Origin: Candidatus Hydrogenedentota bacterium
Lineage (GTDB): Bacteria; Hydrogenedentota; Hydrogenedentia; Hydrogenedentales; SLHB01
Length of the DNA stretch: 64,000 nt
Reading direction: 5' to 3'
NCBI GenBank assembly: GCA_045863295.1
Contig: BTWA01000027.1
Location: 1-64,000, forward strand
Positions 1-10,159 of the stretch are shown in pieces (within the stretch, counting starts at the first letter, position 1; every line of letters begins with the position of its first letter). The notes below the pieces were generated by a model. The model searched no databases, was not told where the DNA came from, and worked only from the letters and a program-made list of their open reading frames with translations. The position numbers and the translations under genes are program-made.

Positions 1-920
1 ACGGCCTCAAATTCAATCATGCTATCCACGCGGAGCAGCAACTCGAATGTGACATCTGTCACGGGATTGAAGAGGGTGTGCCCGCGATGCCTACGCATGA
101 TACGTGCAGCGCGTGCCATGACCTAAATGTGGATCAGCCTTCTCCTGAGCAGTGCGGATTTTGTCATACGCGCGAAGATTATTCGAAGGACGAACGAATC
201 AAACCGTTGTCAGAAGAGCTCAAGTTTGCGCACGATCCACATATTGCCAAAGAAGTCGCCTGCGCTACCTGCCACGAGAATCCCGACGTGATGCCATTGG
301 TGGATCAACCCCTGAAACCGTTTTGCATGGACTGCCATGGCAAGACGGACCCACAACTTAACGAATGCGCCGTGTGTCATACCAGCACTTCGCGGGATAC
401 GATTCCACAATTTCGCCAAGGCAAGCGGATCCAGCATGACGCGCCTCAGATATGGACCCAGCTCCACGGAAAAGAGTCGCAGGTTGATCCTGAGTACTGC
501 ATGGTGTGTCACGATCTTGAGCAAACATGTGACACGTGCCATCAAACCACGGCTCCCGCCAACCATACGGTTTCATGGAAGCGCAAGACCCACGGTATGA
601 AGGCATCGTGGGATCGCAGCGATTGCACCGTTTGCCATGAGGAAGAGTCGTGCCTGCAATGCCACCGGAATACCAAACCTGATTCGCACCGTCAGGGTTG
701 GGGGCAACCCATGGACCGGCATTGTACGTCGTGCCACTTCCCACCCAATCGCACCAATTGTGTGGTCTGTCACGAGGTAATCGAACACCAGACAGCGGCG
801 CCTTCGCCGCATCGATTGGGTATATATCCGCCCAACTGTATACAGTGCCATCCGGGCGGACTTTCGGGCCGTGCACCGCACCCAACCAACAGCACGGCGC
901 GTTGCGAGATGTGCCACTAA
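1..920 (+). CDS. Multiheme c-type cytochrome (cytochrome c3-like repeats), 5' truncated by the window edge
   Basis: Frame is open from position 3 (GLKFNHAIHAEQQLECDICH...). 13 CXXCH motifs in the 78-920 ORF plus one (CDICH) upstream give at least 14 haem sites. FxH..H distal-His motifs as in c3-type proteins. Confidence 0.93.
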   Translation, partial: GLKFNHAIHAEQQLECDICHGIEEGVPAMPTHDTCSACHDLNVDQPSPEQCGFCHTREDYSKDERIKPLSEELKFAHDPHIAKEVACATCHENPDVMPLVDQPLKPFCMDCHGKTDPQLNECAVCHTSTSRDTIPQFRQGKRIQHDAPQIWTQLHGKESQVDPEYCMVCHDLEQTCDTCHQTTAPANHTVSWKRKTHGMKASWDRSDCTVCHEEESCLQCHRNTKPDSHRQGWGQPMDRHCTSCHFPPNRTNCVVCHEVIEHQTAAPSPHRLGIYPPNCIQCHPGGLSGRAPHPTNSTARCEMCH

Positions 921-1033
921 CCCCGAGTGGCAGGGATCCGCAAATTCAAGCTGCGTTTGCCAATCCGTGTGATATGATTACATTTTGGTCAGGTACAGTT
1001 GCTTTGCCACAATGACTTTTTGATAGGACAGGT

Positions 1034-2134
1034 ATGTATATGAGTCGCACTGGAAGCCTTTTGATAGTTGTGATCGCCGCAGCCGGCTGCGGTGACAGCG
1101 GGTCGGTATTGGATATTGGTGACGAGCGGAACGTTGATCCCTCAATGGCTGCCATGCCTGCGGGTCACCCTCCGATTCAACCGGGAGCCACGAGTGCGGG
1201 TGAAAGCATTTCCACTTCCCAGTTCACTTGGACGACGCCCGAAGGTTGGGAGGATCAAGAGTCAACCCAGCTTCGCACGATCAACTTGCGTATGAGTGGA
1301 AACACTTCGGCGGAATGGTATGTGAGCGTATTACCCGGTGGGGGAGGCGGCCTGGATGCCAACATCAACCGTTGGCGTTCGCAGATGTCTTTGCCCGAAT
1401 TGGCTTCGGACGAGATTCAATCACTGACCCGAATTCCGATGCTGGGCGGGGAAGCGGCCATGGTTTCCATGGCGGGTGAATACAGCGGTATGGGCGGACA
1501 GCCTGCCAAGCCATCCTACACGTTATACGGTGCTGTGCTCGAACGGCCAACGGACATAGTATTCGTCAAGATGACTGGCCCAACCGACGTCGTAGCGCAG
1601 TATGAGGATGCGTTCAAAGCATTTTGTGGGTCGATCAAAGAAGTCACGGCCAGTATGTCCGACCCGCATGCGGGACTTTCAATGCCTTCCGACCAAATGA
1701 TTTCTCCGCTGGATTATCAATGGGCTGCGCCCGATGGCTGGACAAAGGCGCCGGATCGCACCATGCGCCTCGTAACCTACATTGCGGACGGCGCCGAGTG
1801 CTATATCACCGTCTTGCCGGGTACGGGCGGCGGAAAGAAGATGAATATAGATCGCTGGTATGAGCAGATGGGCCAGCCAGCGCCCACTGACGGTGAACTC
1901 GATGCGCTTCCAACCATTCAGTTGTTGGGGCAAGCAGCGCCGTTGGTTGAAGTCAGTGGCCGTTTCACGGACATGACTGGGAACACGAGAGAAGGTTTTG
2001 CTCTGCTCGGTACACTTACAGAAGATCCGGTAGCCAGTCTTTTCGTTAAAATGGTAGGCGAAGAAGCGGTTGTCAAGTCGCAACGGCAGAGTTTTATCAC
2101 ATTCTGCGAATCCATCTCCCGCACGAAGCCATGA
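1034..2134 (+). CDS. Lipoprotein with an internally duplicated domain, first gene of the cytochrome c maturation operon
   Basis: Lipobox AAAGC after a hydrophobic stretch. Two copies of WxxPxGW...GGG...NIxRW..QM...FVKMxG. Stop overlaps the resB start (ATGA). Confidence 0.75.
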   Translation: MYMSRTGSLLIVVIAAAGCGDSGSVLDIGDERNVDPSMAAMPAGHPPIQPGATSAGESISTSQFTWTTPEGWEDQESTQLRTINLRMSGNTSAEWYVSVLPGGGGGLDANINRWRSQMSLPELASDEIQSLTRIPMLGGEAAMVSMAGEYSGMGGQPAKPSYTLYGAVLERPTDIVFVKMTGPTDVVAQYEDAFKAFCGSIKEVTASMSDPHAGLSMPSDQMISPLDYQWAAPDGWTKAPDRTMRLVTYIADGAECYITVLPGTGGGKKMNIDRWYEQMGQPAPTDGELDALPTIQLLGQAAPLVEVSGRFTDMTGNTREGFALLGTLTEDPVASLFVKMVGEEAVVKSQRQSFITFCESISRTKP

Positions 2135-3309
2135 GCAGATTCCTTAAACTTCTTACTGGGGCGTTGGCATTTCTTTCTTCATACGGTCTTGCCACTGTAT
2201 TGTTTCTACTCTTGTTACTTCTCACTTTTCTGGGCACGGTGGAGCAGACTGAAAAAGGGCTGTACGAGACCCAGAATAAGTTTTTTGGCTCTGTCTTCCT
2301 CGTGCATCACTTCTTTGACCGCATTCCGGTTGTACTGCCGGGCGCCTATTTAGTCTTGAGTTTACTTTCGATCAACCTGCTTCTTGGCGGCATCTTACGG
2401 ATTCGGAAAGGATGGAGACAGGCCGGAATTCTGATTGCCCATGGTGGGATAGTGTTACTCATGGCCTGGGCCTTTATCACATATCACTATGCGTTTGACG
2501 GTCATATGACTTTGTATGAAGGTGAGCGATCAAACACGATTCAGAGTTACCACGATTGGGAAATCGCAGTCACCGAAGGAAGCGTGGAAGGGAGTGCCAG
2601 GCAATTCGTGATTGCCGATGACCGGTTTAAGCGCGCGAGCAAACTTAGCCCGGCATCCTTTACCGCGGATTCACTGCCGTTCATCCTTTCCATTTTCCAA
2701 TTCTTTCAGAATAGTGCGATGCAACCCAAGGGACCGACCGAGCCTTCAATCGGTCCGGTTGTGAACGGCTTCATCCTTGAGCCTCTGCCGAAAGACCCTA
2801 AGAATGAGCGAAACGTAGCCGGCCTCTACTGCACCGTGGAAGACAAAACGACAGGGGAACGAAGCGATGGACTCTTGTGGGCCATGGGAGGAACGCCGCT
2901 GACGGTCATGGCCGGTGGCACGACGTGGCATGTGGAACTTCGGCGAAAAACCTGGGAATTGCCGTTTACCATTGTACTTAACGATTTTACGCGTGAGTTG
3001 CATCCCCGGACATCCATGCCGCGTGTATTCAAGAGCGAAGTTACCAAGTTGGAGGGTAACACGGAGCAAATCATTCAGATTTCCATGAATGAGCCTTTGC
3101 GTCACCGGGGGTATACGTTGTTTCAAGCTTCGTGGGGACCCCAGGATGCGGGTCCGAACGATCGCCTGTTCTCGACGTTTGCCGTGGCAAAGAATCCCGC
3201 GGACCAATTCCCCTTGTATGCTTGTATCGTCATTGCGGCAGGCCTATTGATTCATTTCTCGATAAAGTTGTACGGCTACCTGCAAAAGGAAAACAGGAGG
3301 CGCGCATGA
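2131..3309 (+). CDS. resB: System II cytochrome c biogenesis protein ResB/CcsB-like
   Basis: N-terminal TM helices with LGT-x-EQ and a conserved His (IAHGG). Periplasmic domain with ISMNEPLRHRGYTLFQAS. C-terminal TM. Adjacent to ccsA. Confidence 0.85.
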   Translation: MSRFLKLLTGALAFLSSYGLATVLFLLLLLLTFLGTVEQTEKGLYETQNKFFGSVFLVHHFFDRIPVVLPGAYLVLSLLSINLLLGGILRIRKGWRQAGILIAHGGIVLLMAWAFITYHYAFDGHMTLYEGERSNTIQSYHDWEIAVTEGSVEGSARQFVIADDRFKRASKLSPASFTADSLPFILSIFQFFQNSAMQPKGPTEPSIGPVVNGFILEPLPKDPKNERNVAGLYCTVEDKTTGERSDGLLWAMGGTPLTVMAGGTTWHVELRRKTWELPFTIVLNDFTRELHPRTSMPRVFKSEVTKLEGNTEQIIQISMNEPLRHRGYTLFQASWGPQDAGPNDRLFSTFAVAKNPADQFPLYACIVIAAGLLIHFSIKLYGYLQKENRRRA

Positions 3310-5312
3310 TGTTTTTGCGATTTGCCACAGTCGTATTCATTGGCTCCGTTTTGTTTCCTGCGTCTTCTGGCGGGGAAGAAGTGCCCACGGAATGGCCCGC
3401 GGACTTGCTGGACACGCTTTCCAGGGTTCCCGTACAAGACGGGGGCCGTATCAAGCCGATGGGAACGTATGCACGCTTCCAACTCTTGAAACTCAGCGGC
3501 CGCTATACCTGCAAAACCCCGGACGGGCGAACTCTGTCGCCACTTGCATGGTGGTTGGATACCGTCCTCTTTCCCGGGAAAGCGAAGGAATACAAGGTGT
3601 TTCTCGTGGAAAACGCAGAAGTGCTGGACGCCATCGGCGTGACACATGAGAATCGCCGCGATCGCTATTCGTACGTACAGTTGCTGCCGGGCAAACCCAA
3701 GTTAATGCAACTTGGCCAACAGTATGCCCATATTGACGCGAAAGAGCGCACGCTTGTCCAAAGCCAGTTGGCAAATCTTGCGTCGAATTTTCGCGAGTTC
3801 GAGTTTATTGCTTCCAGCTTTGAGTGGATCGAGCAATCCATCGACGTGGAGGAGAGCGAGGTTCTAAAGGCGGTTTTTTCTGGAAGCAATTCCGTACGTG
3901 CCGGCGAGTTTGTAACGCATGCGAATGAGATTAATGCGGCTATCAAGGCTTTCCATTCCGATGCATCCGTTTCACAGTCGGCCAAATCTCAAGAGATAGG
4001 TGCAATTGCGAAGGCCTTTTCGACGTTGGAATCCTCTGCATCATCGGTACATACATTGGCAATTGTCCCGCCGGTAGTTCCAAAGGAGGAAAGAGAAGAA
4101 TGGTATTCGCTTGACGAACTGGCGCTGGAGTCATTTCACACAACAAGCATGGACAAGCGTTTGCTTTTCATGTTTGAAATTGCGCAGTCAATGAGAGAGC
4201 ATCGAGGTTCAGCCGCGCTTCTGCGGGCGGATATCTCACAATTGCATGGGTCGGTTGTTGAGTTGGCAACTGCCCGGGGCGAGTATGAGACGGTGCCCTT
4301 GGAGGCGTTTTTCTATCGCTCGAATGTTCTGAAGTACAGCCAGTGGCTATTTACCGTGAGCCTGCTTCTGGTGTTTGCGCTTTGGGTTCGGCCTCATAGC
4401 AAGACCCTTTGGTGGGGGTCTGTCGGATGTATTCTTGCGCCGTTGTTTTTGCTTGTGGCGGGTATCATTATGCGATGTTTCATTCGCGGCAGGCCTCCAG
4501 TCAGTACACTCTACGAGTCAATTCTCTTCATCACCGCGGTGTCGGTCACCCTCGCCCTCTTTATTGAATTTGCGAATCGCAGGCGGATTGCGGTTTCGCT
4601 TGGATCCGTGCTCGGACTGTTGGGTATGTTTCTGGCGGGCAAGTATGAAATGGTGGAGGGGGTGGATACGATGCCCACGTTGATCGCGGTGCTGGATACC
4701 AATTTCTGGCTATCCACGCATGTGACCACAATCACCATTGGGTATGCTGCGGGGTTGGTGGCCAGTGCGATTGCACACGTGTATCTTTTTGGCAAAGCGT
4801 TTGGATTACGACGAGATGACACCGCTTTTTACGCGGCTGTCAGTCGAATGGTGTATGGCGTAATCTGTTTTGGATTATTGTTTTCAGCGGTGGGCACCAT
4901 ATTGGGTGGCATTTGGGCTAACGAAAGTTGGGGCCGGTTTTGGGGCTGGGATCCAAAGGAAAACGGCGCACTTATGATTGTCCTCTGGGGTCTGGCCGTG
5001 CTCCATGCCCGAATGGGTGGCTATATTCGCCAACTCGGTCTGTCAGTCTCGGCTGTTTTTGGGGGTATCATCGTCGCGTTTTCATGGTTTGGCGTGAATC
5101 TGCTCGGAGTCGGATTGCATAGTTATGGCTTTACAAGTGGCATCGCGACCGCCTTGTTTACCTTTTATCTGCTGGAGACTCTGGTGTTGCTGGTAGGGGC
5201 CTATGTCTGGCTGAAGCAAGATGAATCCGGCGCGCGCAGTAGCCCGTCCCCTGGTCAATCGGCTGCATCAGGAGCGGAACGCGCGTGCGGAATTGTTGTG
5301 CCGCCGTCGTAG
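3306..5312 (+). CDS. ccsA: System II cytochrome c synthase CcsA/ResC with a large N-terminal periplasmic domain
   Basis: WWD motif GGIWANESWGRFWGWDPKE, plus LDTNFWLSTHV, GLHSYG and VPVQDGGRIKP. Start moved to ATG 3306 (RBS AGGAGG, ATGA overlap with the resB stop). Confidence 0.92.
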   Translation: MMFLRFATVVFIGSVLFPASSGGEEVPTEWPADLLDTLSRVPVQDGGRIKPMGTYARFQLLKLSGRYTCKTPDGRTLSPLAWWLDTVLFPGKAKEYKVFLVENAEVLDAIGVTHENRRDRYSYVQLLPGKPKLMQLGQQYAHIDAKERTLVQSQLANLASNFREFEFIASSFEWIEQSIDVEESEVLKAVFSGSNSVRAGEFVTHANEINAAIKAFHSDASVSQSAKSQEIGAIAKAFSTLESSASSVHTLAIVPPVVPKEEREEWYSLDELALESFHTTSMDKRLLFMFEIAQSMREHRGSAALLRADISQLHGSVVELATARGEYETVPLEAFFYRSNVLKYSQWLFTVSLLLVFALWVRPHSKTLWWGSVGCILAPLFLLVAGIIMRCFIRGRPPVSTLYESILFITAVSVTLALFIEFANRRRIAVSLGSVLGLLGMFLAGKYEMVEGVDTMPTLIAVLDTNFWLSTHVTTITIGYAAGLVASAIAHVYLFGKAFGLRRDDTAFYAAVSRMVYGVICFGLLFSAVGTILGGIWANESWGRFWGWDPKENGALMIVLWGLAVLHARMGGYIRQLGLSVSAVFGGIIVAFSWFGVNLLGVGLHSYGFTSGIATALFTFYLLETLVLLVGAYVWLKQDESGARSSPSPGQSAASGAERACGIVVPPS

Positions 5313-5620
5313 GCGAATGTTCGATCCGTAACTCAAAGAAATCCGAAGAGAAACGTACCAAGGTCCAGACCCAGAAACAACAACTGAAGAACCTGTCCAA
5401 AGGCTCCACCGAGAAAGCTGAGTATCGGTTGTATCACTTGAATCAGTATGAACAATTGTTCCAATGCGGCCTGATCTATGGGCATGTTGAAAATCCTTTC
5501 TTTGTGATAGCAAGTATCACGTAATACGCACTCAGTTGGCTGAAACGTCCCTGGTGAGGCCCCAGGAGACTATTGCGGAAGAGCCCGCTTTCCACCGCGC
5601 GGAGATTCCGGTGTGGAGGC

Positions 5621-5655
5621 AAAAAAGAGGCGGGCCGAAAGTCAGCCCGCCTCTT
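5621..5655 (-). terminator. Rho-independent terminator of the c554-like gene
   Basis: 11-bp stem AAGAGGCGGGC/GCCCGCCTCTT followed on the minus strand by a T run (A6 at 5621-5626 on +). Confidence 0.8.
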
Positions 5656-5693
5656 AGCATTCAAGTAACCTGAACGAATCAGAAGAAAACGGA

Positions 5694-6323
5694 CTACGGC
5701 TTTGCCTTTGTCGGATTCGGATGCGCTATTTTTTTTGCAGCCTGCTCGAAGTCGAATCCCACTTTTTCGCCGCTTTCCAAGGTATAGCGATCGGGTTTCC
5801 ACGTCGGGCTGGAATCGTTGTGGCAACCGGTGCAGTCTTCTTTCGTGCCCTTCTTGATGTGTGCGGTGATATCGACGGTCTTATCTTTTTGGAACAACAC
5901 TTTTTTGCCGTCCGCCTGATGCAACGAGGCAGGACCATGGCATGATTCGCATTGCACACTATCTTCAAGTTTGATTGCGTCCGGGGTCTTTCCCGTTGCC
6001 GGATCGTAGGCGGTTACATGGCACTTCAAGCACTCCGGCGCTTCATGGGGAGGCTTTGCCAGCCCGACCTTTTTACCGACCTCAATGGCTTCCGGCGTTT
6101 TCAATCGTTCGATTGCTTTCGAATGGTTCTCTGCTTTCCAGATATTCCATTGCTCGCCTTCGGCCTTTTTGTTGTGACACACCTTACATTGGGCATTGCC
6201 GATATACGTTGCGCCACTCTGATCCGCGGCATAGGTGGCCCCGGATTGCGCAAACATCGGAATAGTAAAGGCAAGCACCAACGCCGACATCACGAAGACT
6301 GTGGATACACGTTTACTGGACAT
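5694..6323 (-). CDS. Periplasmic tetrahaem cytochrome c (c554-like family)
   Basis: Signal peptide. YIGNAQCKVCH, CLKCH, VQCESCHGP, CTGCH. Confidence 0.88.
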   Translation of the reverse strand: MSSKRVSTVFVMSALVLAFTIPMFAQSGATYAADQSGATYIGNAQCKVCHNKKAEGEQWNIWKAENHSKAIERLKTPEAIEVGKKVGLAKPPHEAPECLKCHVTAYDPATGKTPDAIKLEDSVQCESCHGPASLHQADGKKVLFQKDKTVDITAHIKKGTKEDCTGCHNDSSPTWKPDRYTLESGEKVGFDFEQAAKKIAHPNPTKAKP

Positions 6324-6852
6324 GAGAAGTTCCCCCTTCTTATACTGGAATTGTACCTCATTCGTGCCAGTTGACGCAATAGGTTGCCGTATACTGTGTA
6401 TACTTGGAGCAGTTCTTGGGTTGGAAGGTTATTCGTCTTGAGTTGCGGCAAAAGTTAGAGTTTTGTTGTTCTAATCATGCGATCAGTAGGCGGATCCAGG
6501 TGCTACGGCATGGGTCGATAATGGAATCGTATGTCGAGGTCACTACTTGGAGAACGATTTAACGGAACCTCGACATTCGTCTATAATTAATTGACTCGAA
6601 CGGCTGTTCGTGCTACAACGTATACTATCCCTAGTCCGGGGGGACTTCTAGGGGAGGTCAAGCAGCCGTGAATGAATGGCTTGCATGGTTTTGGGGTGAC
6701 GAAAGACCGGCCGGGGATTCGGGCGAACGGCCAGGGAATCCCAGTGCCGGGTTACTCCCTCACAGCCTGATGTGTATCCGCGCGGGCGCCCCGGTGCGAC
6801 TCAAATTTGCTACCGAAATACTTCACGTATCGCCGCTAATGGGGGAAGCTAC

Positions 6853-8307
6853 ATGACCCAGTCCAGACGTAGTGAATGGATGTGGACCTTTACATCGCTA
6901 TTTGCGCGAAACGCGCTCACCTTGCTGGGGGCAAGCGTCACGACATCCAGCGCAATTGCAATGGTCTCCTTGGCCGGCTTGAGCATTGTAGGTCATGCCG
7001 AATCGCCATATATCGGCATTCTGGCGTTTATGGTGCTTCCGGGGTTTTTCATTGGCGGCCTTTTAATGATTCCGGTCGGTCTATTTTGGGATCGGCGCAA
7101 GAGGTCGAGGCAAGTTCCCTCAGGGGAAGGGTTTGCGATTTCTGCGTTTCCTCGAATCGATTTGAACAGGGCTGAAATCCGTAAGGCGTTGGGCATCGTC
7201 GGGGCGCTCACTCTGGCAAACTTGCTCATTTTGTCCACCATCAGCTATCAGGCGGTGGCATTTATGGATTCGGAGGAATTCTGTGGGACTGTCTGTCACA
7301 CGGTGATGGAACCTGAGTATACGGCATACAATCTTTCCCCACATTCACGAGTTGAGTGCGTTGAATGCCACATCGGCCCGGGTGCGCCGTGGTTTGTGCA
7401 GGCCAAATTGTCCGGTGTCCGTCAAGTGTTCGCGGTGATGTTTGATACGTTTAAGCGGCCAATCCCTACTCCTGTTCACAATTTGCGTCCATCGCAAGAT
7501 ACTTGTGAGCAATGCCACTGGCCCGAGAAGTTTACGGGTGATCGCGTGCGCATCATTACCGAATACCAGGAGGACGAAGCCAACACGCCGCTTAAGTCGG
7601 TGCTGGTTATGCATATTGGCGGGGGCAATTCGGGTGCGAAGGGGATTCACAGTTGGCATGTGGATCCCAACAAGACGACCGAGTACTACACAACCGACGA
7701 GAAGCGCCTTTCTATCGATTACGTTCGAGTTACCGACGCCGACGGGACGTCCAAAGGATATCTTAAGAGTGATTCTGAGGTAGATCCTGCCTCCATACGA
7801 CCTGAAGATATGCGGCGAATGGATTGCATCGACTGTCATAACAGGCCGACCCACGTTTATCAATCGCCCAATAAAGCCATGGATTTAGCCATGCAGGCTG
7901 GGCGCATCGATCCATCCATTCCATTCATCAAAATGAACGGTGTACAAGCACTTAGAACGGTGGGTGAGGCGTTGGGAGAGGCCGGCGAAGTCGGAGTTGC
8001 CGTACGAAAGGTGTACGAAGCGGATCATGCGGATTATTACGCCGCGAACAAGGATTCCGTGGAGAAAGCGATTGCCGAGTTGGAAACGATATATTCTTCC
8101 AACGTTTTCCCGGAAATGAAGGTCACCTGGGGAACGTATCCGAATCACATCGGCCACGTGGAATTCGACGGCTGCTTCCGTTGTCACGACGACAATCACG
8201 TCACGCCGGAAGGCGAGGCCATCCGGCAGGATTGCACGATTTGCCACGCCGTGCTGGCCATGCAAGAGGAAAGCCCGACTATCGTGGCCGATCTCGGATT
8301 GGAATAG
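6853..8307 (+). CDS. Membrane-anchored NapC/NirT-family multiheme cytochrome (about 6 haems), probable quinol dehydrogenase
   Basis: Three N-terminal TM helices. FCGTVCHTVMEPEY (CX3CH), CVECHIGPGA, CEQCH, CIDCHNRP, CFRCH, CTICH. ATG 6853 follows a GGGGG RBS. Confidence 0.88.
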   Translation: MTQSRRSEWMWTFTSLFARNALTLLGASVTTSSAIAMVSLAGLSIVGHAESPYIGILAFMVLPGFFIGGLLMIPVGLFWDRRKRSRQVPSGEGFAISAFPRIDLNRAEIRKALGIVGALTLANLLILSTISYQAVAFMDSEEFCGTVCHTVMEPEYTAYNLSPHSRVECVECHIGPGAPWFVQAKLSGVRQVFAVMFDTFKRPIPTPVHNLRPSQDTCEQCHWPEKFTGDRVRIITEYQEDEANTPLKSVLVMHIGGGNSGAKGIHSWHVDPNKTTEYYTTDEKRLSIDYVRVTDADGTSKGYLKSDSEVDPASIRPEDMRRMDCIDCHNRPTHVYQSPNKAMDLAMQAGRIDPSIPFIKMNGVQALRTVGEALGEAGEVGVAVRKVYEADHADYYAANKDSVEKAIAELETIYSSNVFPEMKVTWGTYPNHIGHVEFDGCFRCHDDNHVTPEGEAIRQDCTICHAVLAMQEESPTIVADLGLE

Positions 8308-8548
8308 AGACCGTCAACCGGCTTATTGCCGCGTGTATTCTATGGCGCAGCGTCTCCGAGAACCTGCCTATCTTGTCTTCATGGGGCCGCGTCTTGCATG
8401 ACAAGCAGGGGGGATGGTGCAGGGAAGGAATGCAGGCAGTCTGATCCGGAAGGGCAGTGGCGCGGCACCTCGCGATCCAATTATCCGCGTTGGCCCGTGC
8501 CCATGCAATCGTTCAATACGAAATCCCCAATGGCCTAGTTGGCCTCAG

Positions 8549-10012
8549 TCAAGCCGCTGGCTTCTTAAAGACAACATCACCCCCGTGGATTATCTCGCTG
8601 GACACGGTTTCTCCGCTCAAAAACTTCACCGTGCGGGTACGCATTTCTTCAATACCAGAGAATAGCTGCTCATCATGACCCACGTTCTCGATTAGAATAC
8701 TGATGCCGTTGGAAAAGCCCACGAGCGACTTCTCTGCGTTGGAATAGGGCGTGCGGTTATCCAGGGATCCGCTAAAGAAGAGTACCGGTATGTCAGAAAC
8801 CAAATCAGATCGAAACTCCTTGCCAAGATCGACATCGCCACAAGCAGCGCAGATCTCCGGGTACGGATCGTTGATGCCATCCCCTAACAGGAAGTCCTCA
8901 CTCGCTTGACGAATCGTCGCCAAGCGTGTTTCGGATACACCGGATGCGCAATCCATATATAGCGACATCGCCGAGCCAACTCCGCCTTTGCGAAAGAACA
9001 TGGAGAGACGTGCGATGTTCTCAAAATCGCCTTTCTCCATGGCGAGCAACTCAGCCGGTAAAGTTCGTATCGACGGCAGACGGCCTGACATTTCGGCGAC
9101 GTACAGCTTCAAGTCGTACGAGCCCAGGACTATTGTTTCCGTCTTTTTGGTTCTTGGGTCCACGCGTGAAACTGACACGGGAGTTGTGTGGAGTTTCTTG
9201 ATTAGGGAGTCGATGAGGCCCATGAAACTTGGCATTTGTGCGCTCAGCACCTCGTCCTGCTTACACAGCGCTTCTATCTTTTCCAAGTTAGCCTGAATGG
9301 ATTCGGGAAGCTTCAGGGTGTCGTCCGGACCCTCAACACCGCATAGGACTGCCCGGTTGACACCTGATCCGTGCCGCCTCATGACGGCGAATGCCAAATG
9401 TGTGCCGTAGCTGCTGGCACACAGATTTATCTTCTCCGCTCCGATTGCGGCGCGAATGGCATCCACATCATCCGCATTTTCATTCGTGTTGTACGCACGC
9501 AGGTCTACACCTTTCGAACGAAAGAACGCCGTACACGCCTCGGCATTCTTGACGGCCGCGGTTACCAAGCTGGACTTATCCAACGGTTGATCCAGCGGGA
9601 TATTCCATGAGTCTTCAAACTCAAGGTTCGGCTTGGATATCCCGGTCCCGCGCTGGTCAAAAATGATAACATCGCCCACGGCGCGGAGCTCGTTGATGAG
9701 TTTTGCCCGTATGCTTCGGCCAATATCGATTCCTGAACCACCCGGTCCACCAACCAGATAAATTGTTGGATACTTCGGCGAAGGGCTAGAAGACTTTATG
9801 ACAATGAAAGCTAGTTCGATCAGGTTTGTACTGGAAGTTGATCGGTTTTCCGGCACAAACAACGTGCCTTTCGTCGCTTCAACTGGCGTGCCTTGCAGTT
9901 TGAATGAGTACGGTTCGAGGGTTACGTCGCCTGCTTCCTGAGTCCATCCCGTAGCGCCGATGCATATGAAGAATAACGGGCAGAAGATTCCGAGCATCGT
10001 AAGTCGCTTCAT
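8549..10012 (-). CDS. Secreted alpha/beta hydrolase (TAP-like peptidase family)
   Basis: Signal peptide, GGPGGSG, DQRGTG, nucleophile elbow ASSYGT, D-x-x-TP and C-terminal GH. Confidence 0.85.
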   Translation of the reverse strand: MKRLTMLGIFCPLFFICIGATGWTQEAGDVTLEPYSFKLQGTPVEATKGTLFVPENRSTSSTNLIELAFIVIKSSSPSPKYPTIYLVGGPGGSGIDIGRSIRAKLINELRAVGDVIIFDQRGTGISKPNLEFEDSWNIPLDQPLDKSSLVTAAVKNAEACTAFFRSKGVDLRAYNTNENADDVDAIRAAIGAEKINLCASSYGTHLAFAVMRRHGSGVNRAVLCGVEGPDDTLKLPESIQANLEKIEALCKQDEVLSAQMPSFMGLIDSLIKKLHTTPVSVSRVDPRTKKTETIVLGSYDLKLYVAEMSGRLPSIRTLPAELLAMEKGDFENIARLSMFFRKGGVGSAMSLYMDCASGVSETRLATIRQASEDFLLGDGINDPYPEICAACGDVDLGKEFRSDLVSDIPVLFFSGSLDNRTPYSNAEKSLVGFSNGISILIENVGHDEQLFSGIEEMRTRTVKFLSGETVSSEIIHGGDVVFKKPAA

Positions 10013-10106
10013 GGCGGAAATACTCCCTTAAATATACAACCGGCATTCACATTACCACCTGCCATCTGCGCACCGCAACAACCGGGATTTGGGTTGGAAA
10101 CAGGAA

Positions 10107-10134
10107 GGGCCCCGGCGACAGGTCGCCGGGGCCC
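10107..10134 (-). terminator. GC-rich hairpin, probable terminator or stabiliser after the decahaem cytochrome gene
   Basis: Perfect inverted repeat GGGCCCCGGCGAC-ag-GTCGCCGGGGCCC 25 nt after the stop. T tract is weak. Confidence 0.6.
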
Positions 10135-10159
10135 GTTGGTTACGGATGGGTAGAGGGTC

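Noticed and set aside
5285..5524. Lys/Gln-rich 79-aa ORF after ccsA
   Set aside because: No RBS, overlaps the ccsA end, no recognisable motif.
6352..6388. sigma54-like sites upstream of the c554-like gene (TGGCACGAATGAGGT; CGGCAACCTATTGCG)
   Set aside because: The first lacks the -12 GC and the second has 9-nt rather than 10-nt GG-GC spacing.
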